A DNA stretch of 60,571 bases, filler included, from Catajapyx aquilonaris (Eukaryota): NCBI GenBank assembly GCA_000934665.2. It is 2 parts of 2 records of this genome, joined end to end, with 100 filler letters (N's around TTAATTAATTAA, not from the genome) between each part and the next. Parts side by side here need not be neighbours in the genome. Positions count along the whole stretch, not along the records: positions 1 to 30,037 come from KZ539198.1; positions 30,138 to 60,571 come from JYFJ02004697.1. The stretch is one strand, 5' to 3'. The notes under the pieces are model-generated. The model was given only the letters and a program-made list of their open reading frames with translations, did not search any database and had not been told where the DNA came from. Position 1 is the first letter of the stretch; every line of letters begins with the position of its first letter. This document shows positions 23,701 to 36,335 of this stretch, in pieces. The position numbers and the translations under genes were made by a program.

Positions 23701-25301
23701 AATGTAAATTTTCTTGCATATAACACAACTTTTGGGCAGTCCCTTGAAGAGTGTTATAACGAGGTTTTACTGTATTATGTAGGCTCCTGTTGGAAAGCCA
23801 ATTTGCCAGCAATTGTACATATGTAGCCTACTTGTAACTCATGCCCACACTTGAAGGTTGGATCAAGTGGAAGTGCATTTCCTAGAGACTACTGATGTTA
23901 CCTAAATTCTGAAAATCACTGCATTTATGAACCTCGGCCATCACAACGCATGTGGCCTGTATGGTTTGGTTTTATTACCCTGTCTTGGAGCATGGTTCTC
24001 CCAGGAGGACACAGCACCCTTGCTGGCCTTGCAGCTCCCATAGACGTGTGGCATGTGTGGGCTGCCATTTGATACTGCAGTTTATGTCCAGTCTTGGTGA
24101 TGACATTGAAGATTTCTAATAGTATGAGAAACCACTGAATGCATTTCTGGTCTCCCCACATGTCACATTTTTATGGTAACAGTGACAATAATTGATGGTT
24201 AATTACCTTGCTTAACAGATTTTATTGCAATATTTGTGTTGTCCTAGTTCTTTCCATCAGAATCTTATATCATTTAAAGCAAAGTTACATTACTTCATTA
24301 CTGTCGAAGGTCTCTCATTCAAGTTTTAAAGAGGCATGATTTTTGTGTTACCAACATCAGTAAGACTACAACTAGTACTGTATTATATCGTGCTCTCCAG
24401 ATACCTTCATTGAAGTGCCTCGCATGTATCGTCGCCTCCGCCGCCCAACCAAGCAAAATGGCAAGTACCAGAGTGCTGCTCTGTGCCTAGGAAACAATGC
24501 TCTTGCAGATCTGACAGGCCTTCCTCAGGTGAATTTCTTTTGAAAGTTCCATAAGTAGTTGCTCTCAGGTACTTATGAACCAGCTGGAAGAGCTGTAGGG
24601 GTGAAGTGGTGTCACCTCCATTGCAAGTGCCTTTAGTTGATCATCTCTGTGTGAGCTAATAAAGCGAGTAGGTCTGTGCCAGTTCTTCACTTACTCATCT
24701 GTCCTCAGGTAGTGGAGGGCTTGCTGGTGGCTCCATATATGCTGGCTTGGCTGGACATCTCCTTCAACATGATACATTCCATATATACGGAACTAATGCT
24801 GTTTCCCAACTTGCAAATCGTCTACCTGCATGGAAATGTGATTCATGAAATCACTCAGGTATTCAATCTCTACTATTGAGTTTGGCTTAATAGGTACCAC
24901 AATTGCAGGGATATTGTTGGGGGGAGCATCACTCTTTCAATTTTAGTAATCAGTAAGCCATTGTGCTATTTTTTACCATCTCACAGGTTGCGCGCCTGAA
25001 GCAACTACCAAAGCTTAAGACGTTGACCCTGCATGGGAACCCAATAGAGGATGAGAATGGATATAGGATGGTGGTTGTGTATTTGTTGCCAACGGTGAGC
25101 CACCTGGATTTCAGCCTGGTCACACGTGCAGATAAGGCAATGGCAGCTCACAGTGCAAGGCCAGTGTGGAAGGGCCATCAGGAGGCGGCCAAGAAGAAGA
25201 AGATAGCAGAGGCTCTGGAGATGGAGCAGGAAGCTGAAGTTAAGAGGAACGCTGAGGAAGCTGAAGCTATTGCTGAAGCTTCAGCAAGGGAGCGTTCGTA
25301 G
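20798..25301 (+). CDS. LRRC51: Leucine-rich repeat-containing protein 51, about 269 aa
   Basis: Exons 20798-21014, 24401-24528, 24709-24858 and 24987-25301 are in frame. APVLDFSF, LAWLDISFN, VYLHGN, LKTLTLHGNPIEDENGYR and LDFSLVTRAD match the LRRC51 pattern. Confidence 0.9.
21646..22026. mobile_element. MITE with about 90-bp TIRs in LRRC51 intron 1
   Basis: agggagaagggaaactcgcagacaatcgccaggtagactgata... is the reverse complement of ...tatcagtctacctggagattgtctgcgagttccccttcaccct. Confidence 0.8.
22062..23083. mobile_element. Non-autonomous pogo-type element interrupted by a SINE
   Basis: TA|gggtaagttggggtaagtgc ... gcacttaccctgatgtaccc|TA. Internal ggggcaag/cttgcccc repeats resemble the ends of the 40126-42830 transposon. 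Confidence 0.7.
22283..22541 (+). mobile_element. tRNA-derived SINE with poly(A) tail
   Basis: A/B-box-like head (gtggtgtcgcggtaac...ggttcaatcc), A-rich tail, and 11-bp TSD actattggagg (22272-22282 and 22542-22552). Confidence 0.85.
23612..23772. mobile_element. Tigger-type MITE
   Basis: TA|cagtaagacctcgatataa ... ttataacgaggttttactg|TA. Confidence 0.8.
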
Positions 25302-25986
25302 TCTGGGTTGAAAGCAGGACCATCGCAAGAGGGGAATGGTGACGCAAATGAAATGGGAGCCTTTAGCCTTACATCTAAATTTTATGTGCATTTTAGTATT
25401 TTCCACTGGGCTAATGTTTATTAACCCTTCTGCAGCTCAATAAATGAAACCTCTTGATGAAACTCATCTTTCCAGTTTTTCTATTGTTTCAAGCATATAA
25501 ATAAGGTACTTGTGTGATTGCAGTGATGTATATATTACATTGCAATGAATGTTATATTAGTTATTTGCAATGTCATTATGTTGTATTAGGGCCTTTCTGA
25601 CCGGGTTGGATACAATAAGAATCTCAGATTTAATGATGCTGTTAACAACAATGAGCAAACACTGAATAACACATGTTAACCAATTCAACCTATGGTGCAA
25701 CTGGCCAGTAGCATATACGTATACATGTGTGTGAGTTACACTATGCATCATGTTTCAGTTTGGTTTCAACATTGACCACCTCTTCTGCAAGAAAAAATTT
25801 ATTATGATTAGGTAAAGGTGCGCAATGTGATGAACTTCACTCTTCAGAAAAGGATGCAACCAGATATTGGAAATAGGAATACTATTAGTCACATAGTATA
25901 GTATTCCGCCCATGGTATTCCGATATCTATATATGGATGCAACATACGCACTTTTATGCTCTCCATATGCAAGTGATGACATGTTT

Positions 25987-26200
25987 CGCAAAATTAAGCC
26001 CAAAATTAAGTCACTAGTACTGGAATATTATTTCTAGATTTTTTGTGTATTAATTTGTTGGGACATAAATTGCTTGGTCTTTTCATTACCATTAACGCAT
26101 ATGTCCGAACAAATTAATAGATTACCTAATACACAAAAAATCTAGAAATAATGCCAGTACTGGTAACTTAATTTTGGAGCATTTTGGACTTAATTTTGCG
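25987..26200. repeat. Inverted repeat/MITE relic between LRRC51 and Rab18
   Basis: agtactggaatattatttctagattttttgtgtatta versus taatacacaaaaaatctagaaataatgccagtact, plus outer cgcaaaattaag / cttaattttgcg. Confidence 0.7.
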
Positions 26201-26659
26201 CCAAAAATATAAATTAAGCCATGCAGTACAGATAATTTGCATTAATTTGTCAGCTGTTCTCAGCTAATAATGTGCTCAAGCACAGAGTCAAGCACACATG
26301 AAGCAATTGGGCCACCTCAGTGAAATTACCCTATTTTTATATTATAGTCACAAGAGTAATGCGGGCTGGCGTAATGTGTATTGCAAAATTCGCAAATTAT
26401 TTAGCGCGCAGAAAATTTCGATCGCAGTAGTGTGTGTATCGATGGTATAGTGTGCGATGTGATGTCACTGCCGTGAGAAGCAGCCTTCAGTTCCATGCAA
26501 TCAGCTGGGTAGAGGCTTTTTTCCGAGTCGCGTTTTCCCTGCGTCACCTCATCACATCCAGGGCCGTTTGCAGCTGGCTGGTTGCGTCGTACGTGTAGTG
26601 TACCCACCACCACCCTCGTCGCTTGATCCTCTCCGTCTGCTCCTGGGGGGACTGGGGCG

Positions 26660-29021
26660 ATGGACGACAACACGCGGCCAGTGCTGGCCAGCCTCAAGAT
26701 CCTCGTCATTGGAGAGAGCAACGTCGGAAAGTCCAGGTGCGTATGACTGTTGTGCTGGGCGTACGCTATGGAGTACTCACTGTGCACGAGAAGGGTCATG
26801 CAGCATTGCATAGAGGAGCCCATGCTGTGCACTCGTGTGTTGCATCACCTACGCACATATATTCACATGCAATTTACACGACCTCATGAACACAGGACGT
26901 GTAGCATTCACTTGTAACTTGTCGGTGGTGGCCATATTTGCAATCTGCAACCCCTATTGCCTCACTTGACCCCATCATAACTGCCTAGTTCAACAATGAA
27001 GCCGCATTTACAATGCTCAGCAAAAGTAACATTCGTGGTAACAATATCGTTTCGTGCCGCACCTCGCTCGGCGATGTCAGCACTGCAACATTACCAATCT
27101 AATCGCTCACATGTAAATGCGGCTTGATTCATGATCACAAAGGCTAGCTGCCACAGGACAGGTCACTTGCACCTAACATTAGCCACTTTGTTTGTGCTAT
27201 TCCCTGTTTCATGCATGCTACAAAGTTTTATAATTTTGCAGTTTGCTATTGAGGTTCACGGAGGACAAGTTTCATGCAGAGCAGGCAGCGACAATAGGTG
27301 TTGACTTCAAGACAAAGATCGTCACCATTGATGATAATACGTTTCGACTGCACATATGGGTAAGTTGCTTCTTGCAGATGATAAGAGTGAGATAAAGTGG
27401 TTATTGACACTTGTTGTCATTGACTGACAGTCACAACATACATTGCTGATGGAATGTTTCCTAGTATATTAATGAATCCATCATGTGGAGATTCGTTTGA
27501 TGACTTTTACTTACAAAATGGTTGCTAAGCATAATTATTGCTCAATGGCTGCAGTGTACGGAATAGATGAAGGCTGACGATCAAATTATGCATGACTGAA
27601 TAGCTTGAGCCAGTTGTAATTTTAGTTAAATGTTATGCAGTATGTGCTTACATACCACGGAAACAACTGTTTAAAATTTCCATTTGAACAATTACTTGTA
27701 ATTATGATAATTGAGGCTTTTCTCTTCATGTACTTGACATGCAGTGCAGTGTATTTGTCTTGTGTTATCTTGGTGTTATCTATATTGCCAATGCGGCGTT
27801 TTGTTTCTTACAAATTATATTATGGGTAAGGACTGCCAACTTTCACATTTACCATATCAATGAGTGATGGTTGTTATACAGCCAGTGAAGGATATTATGT
27901 TTAAAATTACTCTAGTAGTAATGGTGAATAATTTTTCAGGACACAGCAGGACAAGAACGTTATCGCAACCTGACCCCAAGTTACTATCGAGGGGCCCAGG
28001 GAGTCATCTTAGTGTATGATGTTAGCGTTTATCAGACTTTCACCAAGCTGGAGATGTGGCTGAAAGAGCTGGAGACATACGTCACTCGAAACGATGTGGT
28101 TAAGATGCTAGTAGGAAACAAAATAGACAAGGTAATGGTACTGAAAGGCTAACCTTTAGCCTTTAGTGCTGTTTTTGACAACATGCCCTTATGAAATTAA
28201 TGACAACATATCCCTGTGACTTTCAGGAGCAGAGAGAAGTGAGTCGAGAGGAAGGATTGAAATTTGCACGGCGACATGCGATGCTTTTCATGGAAGCCAG
28301 TGCCAAGACCAAAGAAGGGGTACAGTGTGCCTTTGAGGAACTTGTTGAGAAGGTAATGGTTTGACTCAGGATTAAAATGTGAATTCTTTCTCTAGTTGCA
28401 ATATGTCTTCTGGTCAGTAGCTGACTTTCATGTACATGCACTTAATAAGGTTTGGGTCCCATGCTTCTAAATACGTAGTGTTTAGGTACATGGTGAAGCA
28501 CTTTCAAAGTTCACAGATCAAGAAATGATAGATCATGAAGTTATGGATTGCTTACCCTCAAAATGTCTTTCCTTTTTCATCAAAACCTTGGGCAGTCCAA
28601 CTTCCTGTTTAATACGTATGGAGGAAATAGAGATATTGATAAATTGGTAGCGTTCTCTGAGTTTGCAGCTTGACCTTGAATGAATAGGGCTGATACCATT
28701 TTGGTGTTTTGAAGTTTTGGGAGTGATGAGCAAAAATAATTGGGTTCTTATTGGGGGTAATGATCAAAATATTGACTTTCAGAGATAAAATTTATTTGGA
28801 GGCAATTTGTATGGGCAGTAAGGCTGGAACTGTGCATGGCGATGCTCATATTTTTGTGAAAAACTTTGATAAATAGTTTGGTGTCCAATTTTTATTTCCA
28901 GATTCTTCAAACACCAGGACTGTGGGAGAGTTATGGAAGAAAAGAAGGCATAGTTGTGAGAGAAGGCGATGAGAAGGCAGACCAACGATCATATTGTTCC
29001 GGATACTGTTCCCTAGTGTGA
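26660..29021 (+). CDS. RAB18: Ras-related GTPase Rab18, about 210 aa
   Basis: Exons 26660-26736, 27242-27359, 27940-28131, 28227-28352 and 28902-29021. Motifs [72 protein letters not shown] and C-terminal GYCSLV (CaaX). Confidence 0.97.
27000..27124. mobile_element. PIF/Harbinger-type MITE in Rab18 intron 1
   Basis: TIR agccgcatttaca / tgtaaatgcggct with 3-bp TSD TGA. Confidence 0.7.
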
Positions 29022-29511
29022 TTGAAGAACAGTGACAGTGGGACCTGCCGGTTTATATTTTTTTGGGGACCTGGGGGGCGCAGACTACGTGTGAAAATTT
29101 GCCGTTAAACATTAAGGGGACACACTTTTCTACGTTATAATGCTTGTTCATTTGCACCTTTAATAAGAATTAGGCTGTAAAAGTCGAAAAGGGTCATTGC
29201 TTTTTTATGTACTGTATACCGATAATGTTTTGTAGCTTCCCCTCCCCCTCTGTCTTTGTCAGACTTGGAGTTCATTTGTGCAACTATTCCAATTCTGTAA
29301 TAATTGTATTAAAATAATATTGTCATATAAAATAAATTGACTGTTGCAGCTTTGCTAAGGCCACCAAGTTGCTTAATAGTTTTAGTTCTCACATAATTAT
29401 ATGCCTGAATAATGTTCTGATTTGTTATTTTTCTGCTTTATGAGAAAATGAAAAACACTAACTAAAATAATCTGTATTGTCCAGGGATTACAATTTTATA
29501 CAGTATGGGGA

Positions 29512-29651
29512 CATGGGTGGAATTTTCGTCCCACTGTCAGGTACTGCTAACTTAGCAGTGCTTAGAGCTAATCACTCGTGGCAGTACCAGGTGTTGGCAA
29601 TCTGCGAAGTTAGCAGTAACTAGCAGTGGGACGAAAAAATTCTACCCAATG
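29512..29651. repeat. Inverted repeat/MITE downstream of Rab18
   Basis: tgggtggaattttcgtcccactg...tactgctaactt versus aagttagcagta...cagtgggacgaaaaaattctaccca. Confidence 0.7.
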
Positions 29652-30037
29652 TTTCTAATTTATAAAGTTGGACTTTGTAATATTGTTCAGGTGTCCCCCA
29701 TGAGGTAGTACCTTGAAAGAAATTGGGTTAACCATGAATTAATTATCGACTAATTGCCTACATTAATGATTAATTTTTCTTATATATACACGGTATATTT
29801 TTTGATGATCCAGGACATTGAGCCACCGTCTTGTCCATTAACCATTAATTAATCATTGTTTCTCGTGCGATCTGGCGGGACAACTTTAGCCACATATCCC
29901 ATTATGTCAGCATACAGTAATGTTCATGTGCAGTACAGTACCATTCAAAAAGAGGCGCCCATCCAAAATAAAAAACTTGATGACGACGTGTATGGTACTT
30001 AGACTTAGGCATGGTATTGCCCCCTCCCCCTCCCCCC

Positions 30038-30137
30038 NNNNNNNNNNNNNNNNNNNNNNNNNNNNNNNNNNNNNNNNNNNNTTAATTAATTAANNNNNNN
30101 NNNNNNNNNNNNNNNNNNNNNNNNNNNNNNNNNNNNN
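30038..30137. other. Artificial scaffold/concatenation linker
   Basis: Exactly 44 N + TTAATTAATTAA (stops in all six frames) + 44 N = 100 nt. Confidence 0.9.
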
Positions 30138-30502
30138 CCTGCCTGCGCCACTGAGTGTGTTGTTTATATGTCGTAGGCAGGTAGGGTGTAAGCACGGTGC
30201 AGCTGGGTGTAAGGTAGGCTACAATAGCAGCTAGTAGCACCACTTCTCATAGATATACAGGCGATGACGTTGTATGGCAAAGATTTAAATTGCTGCAGCT
30301 TATTGTTTCCTTTGTTCGAGCGGGAACAGTTTTGTTGGGAGTTGTTGAGTTCTTTCAGTGTGTGTACCGTATGTCCGTACTTATTACTTTGTGTTCAGTT
30401 CCCGATATATTGTTGACTTCTACAACTCACATCGAACAAAAATCTTATTGGATGTTTAGAAAACCATTCAGCTAAGGCATTTCATAAATAATTTACTGAA
30501 CC

Positions 30503-30945
30503 GAAGCAGTAGTAGTGGAGTGGATATATGGTACCCGACTGCTAATCGGGAGGTCCTGGGTTCGAGTCCCGGAGGCCGGCGGTCCTGACCTTGGTTTTCT
30601 GTGTTTTTCCAAGGTCGCCCCAGGAACAATTCCGGGATCGTACCGTAAAATAGGCCACAGCCGCTTCCTTCCTTTCCTATCCTTGTCCTGTCCATGAGGA
30701 CGAGGTGCGGTGTCTGTGGGGCGTGTCTGACCCGCACCGAGGGGATGTCTGGTAGCTTGGCCCCCTGGGGGACTGCACACGACCCCCAAATTTCGGACAT
30801 CGCACTTGCACCCCCCCCCCCTCCTCACAAATCCCTACCCTGACCCCTGCACCGGAGAGAAAAAAAATGCGAAGAAAATTTCGTAAGAAAAAATGGTGGT
30901 AACCCACCCCCTAAAAGGGCTCTGTTCCCTCTAACGGGGTAAAGC

Positions 30946-31018
<73 letters not shown>
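30503..31018 (+). mobile_element. tRNA-derived SINE ending in an (AAT)n microsatellite
   Basis: A-box-like tagtggagtgg, anticodon-like arm cccga-ctgctaa-tcggg and B box ggttcgagtcc. The body (ccgggatcgtaccgtaaaataggccacagccgcttccttcc) resembles known insect SINE cores. About 24 AAT repeats at 30946-31018. Confidence 0.8.
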
Positions 31019-31019
<1 letters not shown>

Positions 31020-31094
31020 TAGCCTATATCTATAAATATTCTCAGGTCACGTCTCAGATACGCTACATCTAAGTAAGTAGCCTAATAAATTCTA

Positions 31095-31528
31095 CAGGGT
31101 GAGGAAGTTTATCGTACCGTCGCTTTGGGTGATGGTAGATGGGTTCTAGGCGATCATGTTAATAAGTATATTATGCCTTATGGGTGTCCGCAGCAGAGTT
31201 ACCTAGATAATGTGTGTGCTTCAAACACAAGGTATAAAATATCCTGGCATGTATGCGTCCCTCCACACGACCGTACCTTTCAGGTGTTACCATGTGATTT
31301 ACTTTTAATTTATGTTCCCGTTAGGTGTAGCAGGGAATGGCCTAGGCGACGTCAGTGTCGTAAGCTGTATCCGCAACGTAGAAGATGCTTTTCAGTTTAT
31401 GCTAATTATCTCGGTAACTATGCTGCGGAGATCCATGAGGCCATGATGCCTATATTTAAAAATATGATCTAGAACCGCTCTATCATTTCCCAAAGCAACG
31501 GTACCGGTATGAGAATTTCCTCACCCGG
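31095..31528. mobile_element. Mariner-type MITE
   Basis: TA|cagggtgaggaagttt ... gaatttcctcacccgg|TA. Confidence 0.7.
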
Positions 31529-32487
31529 TATATGGTACGTATAGCCTACAGGCGTAGGCTACGGTATACACTGTTGTGTAAGTTAGACCGTATACGGGAG
31601 TGTGTAATCTGGTCCTGTGGTTTAAATTACACTCTTCCAGATGGCAACTAGACAAGCACGAAAATCGAAGGGTAGGTTATGTATGGTAAATGGAAAGATG
31701 ACATGAAATTGGAATGGGTGTTCATACAAACAATATACAGTCCAAATTACCAGGCTGTGTACCAAATTACACGGTTCTTAGGTTTGTAGTATACCGTATA
31801 TTTTTGTAATCAAATTTTCAGATCAAGATATAGTTTACTAACAACATCTGCTGCTTCTTATGTAGGCTACTACTTTAGCTAAAAAATATGTTACTTATTC
31901 AGAATGCTTTTTTCTTCTTCTTTGCGTTATAGCAATGTTTTTAAAACTCTGTCCCTTTAAAAACAATATTTGAATTTCTTATAATTTGCACACTTTTACC
32001 GTAGTCCCCTACGGATGTTACGTATTCGCCTATTTTGATAAAGTTACTTTTGAAACTCATTGGTAATCTTATGAGCAAATATGGCGGAACTAATTTTGCA
32101 TTTTTGTGGGATAGTTTCCTTAATAAATGCCGTAGTTTGCATTGTAGGCATGTGGAAAGCAAAAAAAAAAAAACTTGCGTATTAGTTGTTGAAAAAGTGC
32201 CGATTTGGCTATAACAAACCTCGGTTATAAGTTATAACATACTTTTTCCGAGGTCCTTTGAAGTCTGTTATATCCGGAGTCACCTGTAGCCTATATCATT
32301 TTAATACGTCCAGGGATTTTATACGTGTATTTTCATTTTCTAACATATGTACCTAATGCAAGAATCATAATAAATTCATATACCGTACATATTGAAATTC
32401 CCTCGTATATCAGATTGTACCACATGAATCTGAATAGATAACTTACCCATAAAACGGAAAACGCTGTTTATAGCCTATGTATTCAAA

Positions 32488-32576
32488 CAAGGGGTTATTC
32501 ACTTACATTTTTTGCGTACACGGACTACCGGACTACCCACGAAGGTGTACACGGACTATTAGTGAATAACCCCTTG
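32488..32576. mobile_element. 89-bp MITE with 8-bp TSD (P/hAT-type)
   Basis: Perfect 16-bp TIR CAAGGGGTTATTCACT with exact TSD tattcaaa on both sides. Confidence 0.85.
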
Positions 32577-34711
32577 TATTCAAAGTCCATTTTTGCTTGA
32601 AATGTTATTAGGCCCTACTTTTGAAACTTTTAGTTTGTTTCTAACGGATTATGCCGCATGTTTCATCCACTGTTCTAACTCTAAGTAGCCTATATAGCAG
32701 CTGTTCAATTTCAGTTCGGAACAGTTGTTTTCCTAGACCCTTTGTCCACCTGTATAGTTTATCAAAGGATATAATGCTGATGAACACGCATTAAAAATAA
32801 GGAAGCCCGCTATACGTTATGCATGCTATGTAATCTGTCGGCCGGTCATTCAAAGGGACCCTATACATTGAAGTTGCCTTTGTAGCTAAGCGCAATTGTT
32901 CGCATAGTGAAAGAGGAATCACAGGATTTTTCTGCGGACTGTTTACAACTTGATTAAAATGCGAAAAGGCAACAGTGTGTAAGTGAGAGTCAAAACTGCG
33001 AAAGCTTTTACAATTTTTCCACCAAAAGTCAGACAGGTTTGCAGAGCTGAAAACAAGTCGTCAAAAAGCGTCGCACCGGCGCGGTCGCACTTGCCAACAT
33101 GTGTGATCAGTCTCTGATTCATCATCCCTCGTCAGCAGTCCCACGAGAGACAACTTTCAAAGGGACCTCCCATCAATTACGTAATGTGTTTGGCCTTTTT
33201 GACACCACTCCACGCTCTTGTAACATGTGTCACTATTTTTTCAGACACCTTCCAGCATGCTTGATGGCAAACCATCAAAGTGATAGAAAATATTAGGGAT
33301 ATTTGCTTTGAAGAAATGACTATGTTGGTGTTTCAATGAAGAATGACATTAACTTCTTGGTTGGGATTTTAAAAGGTGGATAAAGATATGACAAGGTATA
33401 AATATTTAGCAGCCATTCGTGGTAGTAATTAACTTAAAACAAGAACGTCCCTTGACTGTGTCAATTTGTTACTGTCCATAATGGGCGGGTCCAGGGGGAC
33501 CTCCCTCTACGTATTTTTTAAAATAGTGATACCGGTATGCGTTTATGAAAGTTTGACACACACCTGAGGATACAGAGGTTGGGTCACAAGTGACCCGCAG
33601 GGCTCCTCCAGCAATCGAGGCCTTATTATCGGTAATTAATCCTCTGAAACTCTAAATACCTGGTATAATGTAACATCAATGGATCTACTGTAAATACTTG
33701 TATAATGTCCCTTTTTGTGAAAAATAATGAAGCTACGAACCCTACGTTCTGACAGGATAGTTTATATAGTCCAGGACAATGAGTTCACCGTAATTATTCC
33801 GCCGTGGGGAGATAGCCCCCACATGCATTTCGCCAATTGCTTCATCAAGTCAGGCAATAGCCCTGACGTTTGCAGGACATAGGTATGTGCGAAGTTGATA
33901 AATGGCTACTTCCTGTTCGAATATCATGAATAGAGTTGATGTCCAGCATCACTGACATAAGAGGTTCCGAATGTTACAATCTGTTTCATGGGCAGTGTCA
34001 CAGATTTAAGCCACATAACACAGGTTATTCATTAGAGACATGAATACAAGAAAAATATCCCCAGTGGTCTGTGAAGCTTTTAAGGACATCGTTAAGCTTT
34101 CAGAGGTGTATCACATATTCATGGAGGGAGATCCAATTAGCTCATGTAGCAGTTTGCGAGTTGCTTTAAAAACCTGATTGCGAAGGGATGGAACTAATTT
34201 GAACAAGTTGGGACTCCGATAATCATCTGGAAAACGTGAAATTAGCCGAGTTTCTCGGTTTCTATATTTAGGTACTGTGCAACGTGGCTCCTTCCCTCTC
34301 GGTGATATGGTATATTTTTTGTGGGTAACATGTTTAGCTCCCATCAGTTACACTCCGAGCGGAATAAATCAGGCACGCCACACCGGAATTAGGCAGCTGA
34401 AAGAATTTAACATACAGTTCTAAAACAAAATGAGTGTGCAGTAAGAATTTCATTGATTAGGTGTCAGTCTAAACAGCATATTGTATATGTGACAAAATAG
34501 TGTGCTATGCAATGTTACATATTTTTTGCTTATCGTAGGCCTACACTATAATTATAGACCTACGTCTGTTGACTCTTACAAACTAATATTATTTTCCTGT
34601 CTAGATACTGTACTGTAACTTACCATTATGTCCAGTAATCTACCATTACTGAACCATATGAATGCGTCTACAGCATTATAACTGTTCACAATTGTCTACT
34701 CCTATAATATT

Positions 34712-34945
34712 ATGCATGATCCCCGGGTTGGAGGGAGGATTTTCTCAGGGGGGAAAGGGTTTCGAGATACAGGTATTTTCTCCATGTTCGAGTGGATTTC
34801 CTCGGGATTCTCCTGTTTCCTCCCACTGTCCACAAACGACTCTTGCCCTTCTACAGTGTCGCACTACTGTAGTTGCAATTTTCTTTTCCTGATTCCTCGT
34901 TTCTTGGTCATGATCGCTATAAGGCTATGAGGCTTCGATAATACA
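34712..34945 (+). mobile_element. Degenerate SINE copy related to the 52441 element
   Basis: gatccccgggt...ttctccatgttcgagtggatttcctcgggattctcctgtttcctcccact aligns with 52507-52609. Confidence 0.6.
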
Positions 34946-35136
34946 TTTCAGAGACGTAATACCTACTCCCTCTATGAACCAACCAACCCATGCAAATTAG
35001 ATTTTACATTGGCGATGGATTTAAAAAATAACAACCACTAAAATGGTCATTTAAACACAATTATTTTTCAACAGTTACTCAATTCTCTTAATATAATTTT
35101 CGTTGAGATATCATTACACCTTCTGGCCTTGTAGTT

Positions 35137-35259
35137 CAAAAAGAATTGTCCCAGTCATCCTGATGTGTGTGCTGCCCGCTCGACACACACCATGTAACTT
35201 ACATGGTGTGTGTCGAGCGGCCAGCCCACACGTCAGGATGACTGGGACAGTTCTTTTTG
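35137..35259. repeat. 123-bp near-perfect palindrome with a 1-nt centre
   Basis: caaaaagaattgtcccagtcatcctga...cacaccatgtaa-c-ttacatggtgtg...tcaggatgactgggacagttctttttg. Confidence 0.9.
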
Positions 35260-35957
35260 CACTGTTGATACCGGACGGTATCGTAACAATAAACATGCAC
35301 ACCATAATTATTACGCTATGCATGAGAGTACAGTACAGCAACATACTGCATGTAGGAATAGTTGGTAGCAAGTGTTATTTCACACTAAGTAAGGTGACAT
35401 CTGCTATATTGATTTGCTCTACCATTTCAACACAATGTTAATAAAATAATAACTGCAGCAATATTAGTCCCAAGTTCAGTATGTTAATACTAGACGAGGA
35501 CACAGTTAAACCTTTCAGGCTGCAATTCCGAGCATGAGTTATCTGAGTATCGCTGTGTTATTTGTTTATTTAATTTAACTGTTATTTGGGATACAGTTGC
35601 GTGCCCTGTACACTGGAAAAACTCCACTGATCGGATAATTTAATTTGGTTTCAATTCAGTTTATGCAACTAGGCGAAAATACAATGCCATTTTATAATTG
35701 TCAATACATGTCACTGCGTTTCCGGTTCAATTAGCCGACTTGAATTAATATCCCAAGCTGGTTGTAGCTGATTAATAATTGTAATATTGAAGCAGGTTTT
35801 GCATATCATTCGTGGTTAATGAATGAATCAAAAAACTGCTTGTAATTTTGAGTAAACTATTTTGCATTTAATTATCACTGGCTCAAAACTAGAGCTCTGT
35901 GTTGTACTCCAACGCCTTTCGGGTTAGCGACGAAGCGAAGATGTTATTACATAAGCA

Positions 35958-36335
35958 CAGTAAAATGGGGCGAATAGGGGCGCAGGGGTGAAAAAAGTTA
36001 GCCTACAAGAATAATACAGTATATACCGGTAATGCCATTTCAAAAATTGAAAGCTATCAAAATATGGTTTTTGCACGAGTAAAGGGGATTCCTTTGTCTA
36101 TAAGTTGCCATGAACATATATTATTACAAAATTATTATATTTTGATTGATACGATGAGAATCAGGTGTTACGTATTTTGGCGTTCTTTATACTGTAGTCT
36201 GTAGCCTACAAATTGTTTGATGATTCAATCATTGTGTGTGCTATAGTACGCTTAAGTTTAAGGGTCGAAGATAAAAATTCAATTCATATACAATAACAAC
36301 GAAAAAAAAGTGTCCCTATTCACCCCGTTTTACGG
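35958..36335. mobile_element. Pogo-type MITE
   Basis: TIRs cagtaaaatggggcgaataggg / ccctattcaccccgttttacgg. Confidence 0.65.

Noticed and set aside
29701..29710. TGAGGTAGTA, identical to the 5' end of let-7
   Set aside because: The match stops after 10 nt and there is no precursor hairpin.
30503..30575. tRNA-Ser(GCT)-like cloverleaf; similar heads at 22283 and 52441
   Set aside because: No proper acceptor stem, and each continues into a SINE body and tail, so these are not tRNA genes.
30685..30705. gtccatgaggacga resembling hammerhead ribozyme stem II
   Set aside because: Lacks the CUGAUGA and GAAA core; it is SINE body sequence.
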